Shown here: positions 29,314 through 38,448 of the stretch, piece after piece
How positions within the stretch are numbered: position 1 is the first letter of the stretch
How the letters are laid out: the number at the start of each line of letters is the position of its first letter
Assembly (NCBI GenBank): GCA_963765575.1
Contig: CAVXWZ010000001.1
Span: forward strand, 160,001 to 224,000
DNA length: 64,000 bases
Direction of reading: 5' to 3'
Source of the DNA: an uncultured cyanobacterium
GTDB taxonomy: Bacteria; Cyanobacteriota; Cyanobacteriia; PCC-6307; Cyanobiaceae
Translations under genes and position numbers: made by a program
The notes under the pieces: generated by a model
Told to the model about the DNA's origin: nothing
The model's input: only the letters and a program-made list of their open reading frames with translations
Database searches by the model: none

Positions 29314-29323
29314 GTCCTCACAC
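29314..29323 (-). promoter_or_regulatory. Yfr1-type sRNA target site overlapping the porin RBS
   Basis: mRNA GUGUGAGGAC ends 3 nt before AUG; complementary to the Yfr1 seed UCCUCACAC. Confidence 0.7.
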
Positions 29324-29626
29324 CGATAGGTCAAAATGCCCAACGGGCACGGCGCGCAACGTAACCGCTGCACCTTGAAAAAGGGAGTGGGCAGGCCACG
29401 GCGCGCTGTAGCGCAGAACACATCCCCTTCGATCCTCAGGCCAGTCGGCCGCCAGGGTGGTCAATCCAGCCCGGATTCGGCCCGGCCCGGATTCGCCCAG
29501 CCTGGATCGGCCTTGCCCCGCGGCCAGCATCGCCAGTTCCCGCCACTGCCGTCAGCACTGCAGGCGCTGCTGTTCCAGCAACCAGTCGAGCTGGGGCACG
29601 GTGCGCTCGATGCCATCGCTGCACTC

Positions 29627-30727
29627 TCAGCGCCGGGCCGTCCAGTCCTGGAACCAGCCGCGCCGTTGCAGCAGCCACACCTGCAGGGCCGCCACCAGCG
29701 CCATCAGCAGCAGGGCATAGGCATAGCCATAGCGCCAGTGCAGCTCCGGCATGTGCTCGAAATTCATGCCGTAGATGCCACCGATCACGGTGAGCGGGGC
29801 GAAGATGCTCGTGAGGATGGTGAGGATTTTCATCACCTGGTTCATGCGGTTGCTCACGCTCACGGCATAGGCCTGGGAGATCCCGTCGCACTGGTGACGC
29901 AGCAGCTCGCAGCTCTCGAACAGCAGCTCCACCTGCTCGGCCATGTCGTTGAAGCCGGCGAGGGCCTCCGGGCCCAGCAACTGCTGAAACTGGCGCAGCA
30001 GTTTGCGGATCTGATGGCGCAGGGGCCAGATCTGATGACGGATCCGGCGCACGTTGCTGCGGTGCTGGAAGGCCAGGTTGAGCAGCCTGGGTTTGGGGTT
30101 CCTCAGGGCCGCCTCCTCGAGATCTTCGAGGGCGTTGGCGACCTGCTCAACGATGGGGAAGAGGCCATCGAGCACGTCGTCGATCAGGTAGTGCAGGATG
30201 TCGTCGAGATCCCGCTGGTCCACCGCGCCGGCATTGGAGCGCAGCCAGCCGGTGACCTCGGCAAAGGAGTTGCCCTGGCTGGATTCCTCGCAGCTCACCA
30301 GCAAATTGGGGAGCAGCAGCAGACCCACCTGGGAGCTGATCAGGTGGGCCGGGTTGCGCGCGCTGCTCAGCCGATGCAGCACCACCAGCAGGGCGCCGTC
30401 GAGGCTGTCCACCCGCGGCCGCTGGGGCACCTCCAGCAGGGGCGGCAGCAGCAGGGGCGGAACCCCCAGCTCCTCAAGCGTCGCGGCGATCTGGTCGGGC
30501 TGGGAGAGGCCCACCACCCGCAGCCAGATCGGCAGGCCGAGGCCCTTCAGCCGTTGCACGTCCCGGGCGCTGTCCACTGTGCGCAGCTCCGCCCCCTCGG
30601 GGCCGAACACCAGGGCGCTGAGGTGGCTGGGCAGCCGGCCGCCGTGCACATAGAGCTCGCTGGGCAGGTTGGCCGGCCGCTCCTCCAGGCGACGGGAGGT
30701 CAGGGCACCAGGGGTTGGACGCAGCAC
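29627..30727 (-). CDS. corA: CorA family Mg2+/Co2+ transporter
   Basis: MNQVMKILT, GIYGMNF..MPEL..YGY signature. Confidence 0.93.
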   Translation of the reverse strand: MLRPTPGALTSRRLEERPANLPSELYVHGGRLPSHLSALVFGPEGAELRTVDSARDVQRLKGLGLPIWLRVVGLSQPDQIAATLEELGVPPLLLPPLLEVPQRPRVDSLDGALLVVLHRLSSARNPAHLISSQVGLLLLPNLLVSCEESSQGNSFAEVTGWLRSNAGAVDQRDLDDILHYLIDDVLDGLFPIVEQVANALEDLEEAALRNPKPRLLNLAFQHRSNVRRIRHQIWPLRHQIRKLLRQFQQLLGPEALAGFNDMAEQVELLFESCELLRHQCDGISQAYAVSVSNRMNQVMKILTILTSIFAPLTVIGGIYGMNFEHMPELHWRYGYAYALLLMALVAALQVWLLQRRGWFQDWTARR

Positions 30728-30970
30728 GGGGGCTCAGGGACGATCCAGCGGTCGGGCACCTTGGTGCCGCCCAGGATGGAGGCCTGCAACAGCAGACACA
30801 CCATCACGTCGGACATCATGCTCGCAGAGATCATGACGCTTGGATCCACGGCTGAATCCTGGGTCGCGCGCCATCGCCTCTGCGTGCTGCCGGTCACATC
30901 CGGCTCCGCAACCTCGCACTCGAGGCCATGACCAGCCAAGTGACATGGCTAATTTGAGGGTCAGTGACCT

Positions 30971-31267
30971 GTGCGCAAGGACCTTGAGTTCCTCCTCTTC
31001 AAGGCCGCACTCCGGCGATCGCCATCCCGACGATCGCACTCACGAGGAGTGCGCTCGCCCTTGGAGAGTCATTCCTCCTACCGCTCCGATGACTGGTCGC
31101 CCCAGCGGGTGATGTTTCACCAGAACCTGGAGACCTTCGCCGATCGGGTGGGGCTGCTGGTGGGGCTGCAGAGCAACGGCAAGCTCACCCAGGAGGACGC
31201 CTACGAGGAGATCCGGCGCATGTGGAAGCAGCTCAAGGAGAGCAAAGGGTCGCTGCTGGCCGACTGA
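30971..31267 (+). CDS. Conserved small cyanobacterial protein
   Basis: SP..VMFHQNLETFADRV..LQSNGKL..EDAYEEI..WKQLKESK; start uncertain. Confidence 0.8.
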   Translation: MRKDLEFLLFKAALRRSPSRRSHSRGVRSPLESHSSYRSDDWSPQRVMFHQNLETFADRVGLLVGLQSNGKLTQEDAYEEIRRMWKQLKESKGSLLAD

Positions 31268-31284
31268 GGCCCCCGAAGCGCGAT

Positions 31285-32871
31285 TCACGCCTGCTGGCCC
31301 AGGTGGCTGCCGATTCGTTGCAGGTGCTGGCTGACCCGCCGCAGCCAGCGCATCGCCTGCAGGCGTTCGGTGCCGCCATCGACGTCCAGGTTTCCGGCCG
31401 CCACCTGCGCCAGCACCTCAGCGCGGAAGGGATCCACCCGCCCCTCGACCTCAAGGGCGCAGCGTGTGGCCGTGCTGGCTGCTTGCTGCCACTGCCGCTC
31501 CACGGCCAGGGGAAGCATGCGAGCCACCGCCCCCTGCAGGGCCCGGCGCTCGGCGGCCAGCCCGGCGCAGCTCACCACCGTGCGCAGCCGTTCCGGCTCT
31601 TCCTGGCAGCGTTCATGCAGGCGCTGCAGGTGATCCAGGCCATGCAGCAGGTGCACCAGGTGCTCCCCCAGGGGTTGGCTGAGGCCCCCGAGGTGAATCT
31701 GGTCGAGATAGAGCTCCAGCCGATCGAGGTCGGCCTGCAGCACCTCCAGTTGCTGCCGCTGCCGGCGGCTGGATTCAGCGGCAAGGGCCTGGCGCAGCAG
31801 CTTGAGCAGGGTCACGAAGGTCTCGTTGATCGCCTGCTCCGCCTGGCTGATGGCCGCCGCGGCGTCCTGCGGTGGCGTGTCGCTGAGGGCATCCACCGAG
31901 CGATCGCCTTCGGCGGGCAGCAGGCGCCGGATGAGGGCGGCGAAGGGCAGGGTGAAGGGCAGCACCAGCAGCACACCGGTGAGGTTGAAGCCGGTGTGGA
32001 AGACGGTGAGGGCAAACTCCGCATCGTTGCGGATCAGGCCCGGCCACCACTGCTCCAGGGCGCGCAGGTAGAGGGGCAGCAGGAAGAAGGCCAGGCCGGC
32101 GGTGAACAGGTTGAACACCACATGGCTGGCGGCGGTGCGGCGGGCGCTGAGGCTGGCTCCCAGGGCCGCCAGGATCGCGGTGATGGTGGTGCCCACATCC
32201 ATGCCGATCACCAGGGCCAGCCCCTGGGGCAGGGCGATGGCGCCGGCTCCCAGGGCCGCCAGGGTGGTGGCCACGCCCGCCCCCGACGACTGGGTGATCA
32301 CCGTGGTGAGCAGGCCGAGCAGCAGCAGCTGCAGGCGGCCGAGGAGGGTGCCGGCATCGAAGCGTGCCGGATCGAGCAGCAGGCCCTGGCCGGCCAGGGC
32401 CTGCTGCAGGGCGGCGATGCCGGTGAACAACATGGCGAAGCCGGCCAGGGCCATGCCCAGCTGCGCCTGGCGTCCGCGGCCCAGCACACGCAGGCCGGCG
32501 CCCAGCAGCAGCAGGGGCAGCATCAGCTGGCTGAGGTTGAGCTTGATGCCGAGCAGGGCCACCAGCCAGCCCAGGCCGGTGCTGCCGATGTTGGCCCCGA
32601 AGATGATGCCCAGGGAGGCCTGGAAGCTGAGCAGGCCGGCACTCACGAATCCCACCGTGGCCACGGTGGTGGCCGAGGACGACTGCAGCAGCGCCGTCGC
32701 CATGGCGCCGCTGCAGGCCCCGCTCCAGGGGGAGCGGGTGAAGCGCAGCAGGCCCTGGCGCAGCCTGCCGCCGGCGAGCTTGCGCAGCCCCTCGGTGAGC
32801 AGCGACATGCCGAGCAGAAACAGGCCCAGGCCCCCGGCGGCGTTGAGCAGGGCACCACCGGCTGAGATCAT
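31285..32871 (-). CDS. Na+/phosphate cotransporter family protein
   Basis: GGLGLFLLGM, LQSSSATT, GANIGST and second repeat TQSSGA, GMDVGTT. Confidence 0.92.
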   Translation of the reverse strand: MISAGGALLNAAGGLGLFLLGMSLLTEGLRKLAGGRLRQGLLRFTRSPWSGACSGAMATALLQSSSATTVATVGFVSAGLLSFQASLGIIFGANIGSTGLGWLVALLGIKLNLSQLMLPLLLLGAGLRVLGRGRQAQLGMALAGFAMLFTGIAALQQALAGQGLLLDPARFDAGTLLGRLQLLLLGLLTTVITQSSGAGVATTLAALGAGAIALPQGLALVIGMDVGTTITAILAALGASLSARRTAASHVVFNLFTAGLAFFLLPLYLRALEQWWPGLIRNDAEFALTVFHTGFNLTGVLLVLPFTLPFAALIRRLLPAEGDRSVDALSDTPPQDAAAAISQAEQAINETFVTLLKLLRQALAAESSRRQRQQLEVLQADLDRLELYLDQIHLGGLSQPLGEHLVHLLHGLDHLQRLHERCQEEPERLRTVVSCAGLAAERRALQGAVARMLPLAVERQWQQAASTATRCALEVEGRVDPFRAEVLAQVAAGNLDVDGGTERLQAMRWLRRVSQHLQRIGSHLGQQA

Positions 32872-32907
32872 CGCGTGCGCTGCTGCGGACTCCCCAAGCC
32901 TGGCTGC

Positions 32908-33447
32908 TCAGCCGTGGGCGGCCAGGGCAGGCAGCCGCGCCGAGGCTTGGCGGTCGTCCGGCAGCCGCTCGGTGCCGGCGATGGCGGCGGGGGTTTCGCG
33001 GCGGAAGCTGGTGAGGCGCTGACGGCCGGCGCCGAGTTCGGCGGCGAGCACGGCGCAGGCGCGCTCGGGCATGGTGTGATCGCCGCAGGTGAACACATCC
33101 ACGGCTGCATAGCCCGACTCGGGCCAGGTGTGGATGGAGATGTGGGATTCGGCCAGCAGGGCCAGCCCGGTGACGCCCTGGGGCTGGAAACGGTGGCTGA
33201 TGAGATTGAGCAGGGTGGCACCGGCCTGGCTGGCGGCGGCGGTGATGGTGTCCCTGAGGAAAGCCTGGTCATCGAGCCGACCTGGATCGCAGTCGTAGAG
33301 CTCGAGGATGCAGTGTTTGCCCACCGTGTTGGCGCCGGCTGGGAGGTCGCAGGCGGCTGGCGGAGGGTCGTTGTCGGTGATGTCGGTATCGGTGCTGGGA
33401 GCCCATCCAGGGTTGGGGTGCAGCGATGGCAGGGAGTGGTTCTTCAA
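32908..33447 (-). CDS. speD: Pyruvoyl-dependent S-adenosylmethionine decarboxylase proenzyme (SpeD family)
   Basis: [38 protein letters not shown]; start uncertain; some homologues act on other amino acids. Confidence 0.88.
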   Translation of the reverse strand: MKNHSLPSLHPNPGWAPSTDTDITDNDPPPAACDLPAGANTVGKHCILELYDCDPGRLDDQAFLRDTITAAASQAGATLLNLISHRFQPQGVTGLALLAESHISIHTWPESGYAAVDVFTCGDHTMPERACAVLAAELGAGRQRLTSFRRETPAAIAGTERLPDDRQASARLPALAAHG

Positions 33448-33584
33448 AGGCTCAGAGGCACAGCCTTTCAACTTACGGCCTGCCATCGCAAACCGAGTGC
33501 GATCTGCATCCCACCATCCGCTGGCAAGAACGGCCTCGGCGGCGTTTGATTGTGCGGGTCGACCCTTGCTCCACCCCTGGCGCC

Positions 33585-34694
33585 ATGGCCACCCCGTTCC
33601 CATCGGCTGCTGCCGGGTCCGTGCTGGTGCTCAACGCCGGCAGTTCCAGCATCAAGGCCTCCCTGCGGCAGCCCGGGGGTGGGCGCCTCTGGCAGGAGCA
33701 GCGGGCCTGGGACAGCAGCGCCGGTGTCCAGGCCCACGCCACCCTGCTGGAACAGTGGCTGGCGCCGGTGATCACGGCGGCCGATCCTGCCCCTGCCCTG
33801 GTGGCCCACCGCATCGTTCACGGTGGCGCCACCTTCACGCGCCCCACCCGCCTGAGTACGGACGTGGTGGAGCAGCTGCGGGCCCTGGTGCCGCTGGCGC
33901 CGCTGCACAACGGTCCGGCCCTGCAGGCGATCGCCTGGCTGCAGGACTGGCTGCAGGCCTGCCCGACGGCGGACCTGGCGGCGATTCCCCAGTGGGCCTG
34001 CTTCGACACCGGCTTCCATGCCAGCCTGCCCTCCGCGGCCTTCACCTACGCCATTCCCGCCGACTGGCGCGAGCAGGGGCTGCGCCGTTACGGCTTCCAC
34101 GGTCTCAACCACCAGCACGTGGGCGAGACCGTGGCTGCTCTCCACCCCAGGGCCCGGCGGCTGATCAGCTGCCACCTGGGGGCCGGCTGCTCCCTCTGCG
34201 CCATCACCATCGCCTCCGAGGGCGCGGTCCGCAGCATCGACACCACCATGGGCTTCACACCGCTGGAGGGACTGGTGATGGCCAGCCGCAGCGGCAGTGT
34301 CGATCCCGGGCTGCTGCTGCACCTGCTGCGCCAGGGCATCAGCGCCGAGGATCTCGACCACAGCCTCAACCATGCCAGCGGCCTCAAGGGGCTGTCGGAG
34401 CTGAGCGGTGACATGCGCGAGCTGCGGGCCGCCGCTGGCCGTGGCCATGGCGGTGCCGTGCTGGCCATCGGCGTGTTCCGGCAGCGGCTGCTGCAGGGCA
34501 TCGGGGCCATGGCCGCCAGCCTCGGCGGTGTCGACGTCATCGCCCTGACCGGCGGCATCGGCGAACACGACGAGGTGCTGCTGGAGGAGCTGGGGGAGCG
34601 GCTCGATTGGCTGCGCCCGGTGCTCCTCACCCGGGTGCCGGCCGACGAAGAGGGGCTGATGGCCCGCCAGTGTCGGGCGGCCATGGCGGCTTGA
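33585..34694 (+). CDS. ackA: Acetate/propionate kinase
   Basis: [53 protein letters not shown]. Confidence 0.94.
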   Translation: MATPFPSAAAGSVLVLNAGSSSIKASLRQPGGGRLWQEQRAWDSSAGVQAHATLLEQWLAPVITAADPAPALVAHRIVHGGATFTRPTRLSTDVVEQLRALVPLAPLHNGPALQAIAWLQDWLQACPTADLAAIPQWACFDTGFHASLPSAAFTYAIPADWREQGLRRYGFHGLNHQHVGETVAALHPRARRLISCHLGAGCSLCAITIASEGAVRSIDTTMGFTPLEGLVMASRSGSVDPGLLLHLLRQGISAEDLDHSLNHASGLKGLSELSGDMRELRAAAGRGHGGAVLAIGVFRQRLLQGIGAMAASLGGVDVIALTGGIGEHDEVLLEELGERLDWLRPVLLTRVPADEEGLMARQCRAAMAA

Positions 34695-34745
34695 TGTTCC
34701 CTTAACTCTGCCCGGTCAGGCTGAGTGGGCTCGTTTCAGGGTTTT

Positions 34746-35141
34746 ATGGCGGCTCCCACGGCTGATCAGCAGCTTCTGCACAGCATGCAGATGCTGACGC
34801 ACAACGGGTCCATCCTCGAACTGGAGCCCGGGGCGATGGTCTTTGAGGCCGGCGAACAGGGCGACTGTCTCTACGGGGTGTTGGAGGGATGTGTGCGGCT
34901 CACCTGGGGCGATGGCTCCGAAGCCGAAATCCTCGGGCCGGGCCGCTGCTTCGGCCAGGGCGCCCTGGTTCAGCCCGACCACCGGCGCTACGGCACCGCC
35001 ATGGCCAGCGAACCCACAAAGCTGGTGGTGATGCAGAGGCAGGGGATGCTGTTCGCTCTCGAACAGCTGCCGATGTTCGGCCTGCAGCTGCTGGAGTCCA
35101 CCGAGCGGCGGCTGCAGCACCTCAGATCGCTGGCGGCCTGA
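34746..35141 (+). CDS. Stand-alone cyclic-nucleotide-binding domain protein
   Basis: VFEAGEQGDCLY..EG.V, GRCFGQGAL..RYGTA. Confidence 0.85.
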   Translation: MAAPTADQQLLHSMQMLTHNGSILELEPGAMVFEAGEQGDCLYGVLEGCVRLTWGDGSEAEILGPGRCFGQGALVQPDHRRYGTAMASEPTKLVVMQRQGMLFALEQLPMFGLQLLESTERRLQHLRSLAA

Positions 35142-35169
35142 CGATCACCATCCCCTTGCGTCCCTTCCG

Positions 35170-35574
35170 ATGAACCAGCCCGAGGCCTTTGCCGCCATCA
35201 CCATCGCCGCCGTGGCCAGTGATGGCTCATTCGTGAGCGAAGAGGCCAGCCTGATCCGGGAGCAGCTGCTGCGGCGATCGCCCTACCGCTCGATGGAACC
35301 GCTGGACTTCGGCACGCTGTTCTCCGGGCTGCTGCATCGCCTGCGGGAGGTGGGTTCCCGGGCTCTGGTGCAGGAAGCTGCACCACTGCTGCAGCCCCCC
35401 CAGCGGGAAACCGCCTTTGCCCTGGCCGCCGAGCTGGTCCACTGCGACAGGCACGTGAGCGAGGCGGAACTGGCCTTCCTGGAGGACCTGGCTCAGCGCC
35501 TCGAACTGCCGGTGGAGCGCCGCCGTCAGATCCTCGAAGTGCTGGCGCTGCTCAACGCCGACTGCCTCAGCTGA
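35170..35574 (+). CDS. TerB-like protein
   Basis: AVASDG..SEE and LVHCD..VSEAE..FL..LA..L. Confidence 0.82.
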   Translation: MNQPEAFAAITIAAVASDGSFVSEEASLIREQLLRRSPYRSMEPLDFGTLFSGLLHRLREVGSRALVQEAAPLLQPPQRETAFALAAELVHCDRHVSEAELAFLEDLAQRLELPVERRRQILEVLALLNADCLS

Positions 35575-36784
35575 CCCCGCCGGGGATGAAGCGCCGTTCG
35601 TGCTGGGCGCCGGTGAGCATGCGGTTCCAGTAGAGCGCCGGCAGAATCTTGCGCTTCACGAACCACATGCTCCAGCGCTCCTTGGTGGGGTCGAGGGGGA
35701 AGGAGGGGGTGGCTTCGGCCTTGTAGTTGAACTCGGCCATGATCGCCTTGCCGTAGCCGGTGATCAGCGGGCAGCAGCTGTAGCCGTCGTAGGCCGCCGC
35801 CAGGGGCTGGTCGTCGAGCAGGGCCAGCAGGTTGGCCACCAGCACCGGTGCCTGGCCGCGCACGGCGGCAGCCGTCTTGGAGTTGGGCATGCCGCTCACA
35901 TCCCCAAGCGAGAACACGTTGGCGAAGCGCACATGCTGCAGGGAAAACTTGTCCACATCCACAAAACCCGCCCCGTTGGCCAGGCTGCTGCTCGCCACCA
36001 CCTCGGGGGCGGCCATCGGCGGGGTGACGTGCAGGAGGTTGTAGGGGATCACCTGCTCGCGGCTGCTCTCCCCCTCGCTCACCTGGAACACGGCCTCGCG
36101 GCTGTCGGGCCGCACGGCGGTGAGCACGTGGTTGTAACGGGCGTCGATGCCCTTGCGCTGCACCACCTCCCGCAGCGGCGCGGCGTAGACGGGAATGCCG
36201 AAGATGCCGGGGGTGGCGGTGGCGTAGATCACCTCGGCCTGCAGGCGTTTCGCCTTGAACACGTCGTCGGCGAGGTAGGCGATCTTCTGCGGGGCGCCGG
36301 GGCACTTGATCGGCATCGGCGCGCAGGTGAACACGGCGTTGCCACCCTCGAAGGCCTGGATCGCCTCCCAGGTGTAGGCGGCATGGTCCTTGCTGTAGTT
36401 GCTGCACACCCCGCCTTTGCCGAGGGCCTCGCTCAGCCCCTCGATCTTGTCCCAGCAGAGCTTGAGGCCGGCGGCCACGATCAGCACCTCGTAGCTGAGC
36501 TCCTCACCGCTGCTGGTGAGCACCCGGTTGTGCTCGGCATCGACGTGGGCGGCGCCGTCCTGGATCCAGTGCACGCCGGAGGGGATCAGGTCGGATTCGG
36601 CGCGACGGGTTTCCTCGAGGCTGAACACGCCACCGCCCACGAGCGTCCAACCGGGCTGGTAGTAGTGATCCCCGGAGGGCTCCAGGATCGCCACATCGAG
36701 GCTGTTGCGGGCCCGTTTGAGCTGGGCCGCCACGGTGATGCCGGCGGCACCGCCGCCGACGATCAGGATCTGGTGGTGAGCCAT
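35567..36784 (-). CDS. sqr: Sulfide:quinone oxidoreductase (type II-like)
   Basis: GGGAAG, YYQPGWTLVGGG, IKCPGAPQKI, SKTAAAV, YDGYSCCPL, AEFNY. Confidence 0.88.
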   Translation of the reverse strand: MAHHQILIVGGGAAGITVAAQLKRARNSLDVAILEPSGDHYYQPGWTLVGGGVFSLEETRRAESDLIPSGVHWIQDGAAHVDAEHNRVLTSSGEELSYEVLIVAAGLKLCWDKIEGLSEALGKGGVCSNYSKDHAAYTWEAIQAFEGGNAVFTCAPMPIKCPGAPQKIAYLADDVFKAKRLQAEVIYATATPGIFGIPVYAAPLREVVQRKGIDARYNHVLTAVRPDSREAVFQVSEGESSREQVIPYNLLHVTPPMAAPEVVASSSLANGAGFVDVDKFSLQHVRFANVFSLGDVSGMPNSKTAAAVRGQAPVLVANLLALLDDQPLAAAYDGYSCCPLITGYGKAIMAEFNYKAEATPSFPLDPTKERWSMWFVKRKILPALYWNRMLTGAQHERRFIPGGVS

Positions 36785-36888
36785 GGAGGCAGGACAGCCG
36801 GAGGTGCCCCTCCATTTCATCAGCCGCCGTCGCCGATTTCAGGGCCGTAGGCGATGGCGTGTTCGGATTGTTGGAATCCGGGGGGCCT

Positions 36889-37116
36889 TCAGGCGGCCGG
36901 TTGCTCGATTTCGCGCTTCAGCAGCACGTAGAGGTAATCGGGCGACTTGTAGCGCGTGGGCAGACATTTCTGCAGCAGACTCAGCCGCTCCCAGCAGACC
37001 GTGCGCTGAATCGCCTCAAAACTGCGGCCGTCGCGGATCAGCAGACGGAGGGCTTTGCAGTAGGTGGGGTAGCTCGCCTCCAGTTCCCCGATCGTGAGCT
37101 TGGCAGCAGCACCCAT
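36889..37116 (-). CDS. DUF3136-like picocyanobacterial protein
   Basis: LTIGELEA.YP.YCKALR.L..IQRTVCW..L..LP..YKSP. Confidence 0.85.
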   Translation of the reverse strand: MGAAAKLTIGELEASYPTYCKALRLLIRDGRSFEAIQRTVCWERLSLLQKCLPTRYKSPDYLYVLLKREIEQPAA

Positions 37117-37293
37117 GGGCTTATCAGCAGCTTGTCATCCCAAACAATAGGAAGGCAGCATCGGGCCTCCCGTGTCGCTGGCCACCTGGGACCAGCCGCC
37201 GACACGAATCCTTACGCGCTTGGCCCAGGCCCGGCTCCGCCTCTGCCAGGCTGGCTCAGGTGCGGGAGCGGGATCCATGGCCCTCCAGTGGCG

Positions 37294-38376
37294 ATGACGG
37301 CCCCAGAACGTCCCCGGCAGCTGAAGCTGCGGCAGCCCGACGACTGGCACGCCCATCTGCGCGACGGGGCGATGCTGCAGGCCGTGGCCCCGGCCACGGC
37401 GGCCCAGTTTGCCCGGGCGATCGTGATGCCCAACCTGAAGCCGGCGATCACCAGCGTGGCGGCCGCCCGCGCCTACCGCCGGCGCATCCTTGAGGCCCTG
37501 CCCGACGGCTGCCCCTTCCAGCCGTTGATGACCGCCTACCTCACCGACACCATCGCGCCGGCCGAGGTGGAACGGGGCTTCGTCGAGGGTGCCTGGGTGG
37601 CCTGCAAGCTCTACCCCGCCGGCGCCACCACCAATTCGGCGGCGGGCGTCACCGCCATCGATGCGCTGACGCCGGTGCTGGCGGTGATGGAGCGCAGCGG
37701 CATGCCGCTGCTGATCCACGGCGAAGTGGTGGATCCGGAAGTGGACATCTTCGATCGGGAGGCGGTGTTCATCGAGCGCGTGCTGGCGCCGCTGCTGAAC
37801 CGCCACCCCGGCCTGAAGGTGGTGCTGGAGCACATCACCACCGCCGACGCGGTGGACTTCGTGCGCAGCGGACCAGCCACCCTGGCGGCCACCATCACCC
37901 CCCACCACCTGCACATCAACCGCAACGCCATGTTCAGCGGCGGTCTGCGGCCCGACTTCTATTGCCTGCCGGTGGCCAAACGCGAACTGCACCGCCTGGC
38001 CCTGCGCGCCGCCGCCACCTCCGGCAATCCCCGCTTCTTCCTCGGCACCGACACCGCCCCCCATGGCCGCGGCGCCAAGGAGTCGGCCTGCGGCTGTGCC
38101 GGCATCTTCAATGCTCCTTTCGCGATCGAGAGCTACGCGGCGGTGTTCGAGCAGGAGCAGGCCCTCGACCGCCTCGAGGGCTTCGCCAGTGAACATGGCC
38201 CCCGCTTCTACGGTCTGCCCCTCAATCCCGGTGCCATCACCCTGGTGCGCGAGCCGGTGACCGTGCCCGGGCGGCTGCACCTCAATGACGCCGCCGGCAC
38301 CGCCGTGGATCTGGTGCCCTTCCACGCCGGCGAAACCCTGCCCTGGCGGCTGGCATCGCCAGCTCCGGCCGAGTGA
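37294..38376 (+). CDS. pyrC: Dihydroorotase (homodimeric type)
   Basis: PDDWHAHLRDG, KLYPAGATTNS, HGE, EHITT, FLGTDTAPH. Confidence 0.96.
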   Translation: MTAPERPRQLKLRQPDDWHAHLRDGAMLQAVAPATAAQFARAIVMPNLKPAITSVAAARAYRRRILEALPDGCPFQPLMTAYLTDTIAPAEVERGFVEGAWVACKLYPAGATTNSAAGVTAIDALTPVLAVMERSGMPLLIHGEVVDPEVDIFDREAVFIERVLAPLLNRHPGLKVVLEHITTADAVDFVRSGPATLAATITPHHLHINRNAMFSGGLRPDFYCLPVAKRELHRLALRAAATSGNPRFFLGTDTAPHGRGAKESACGCAGIFNAPFAIESYAAVFEQEQALDRLEGFASEHGPRFYGLPLNPGAITLVREPVTVPGRLHLNDAAGTAVDLVPFHAGETLPWRLASPAPAE

Positions 38377-38448
38377 TTACGAGGTATGTCGGGGGCTGCC
38401 GTGGCTGCGGCAACCTGCTTTAGCAACAACGTCAGGCTGCCCCCGGCG

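Noticed and set aside
30770..30931. Short ORF (MEACNSRH...) and a His-rich alternative frame upstream of corA
   Set aside because: No convincing RBS or start for the His-rich frame, and no recognisable family
34700..34712. CTTAACT as a Pho box
   Set aside because: Single half-site with no 11-bp partner
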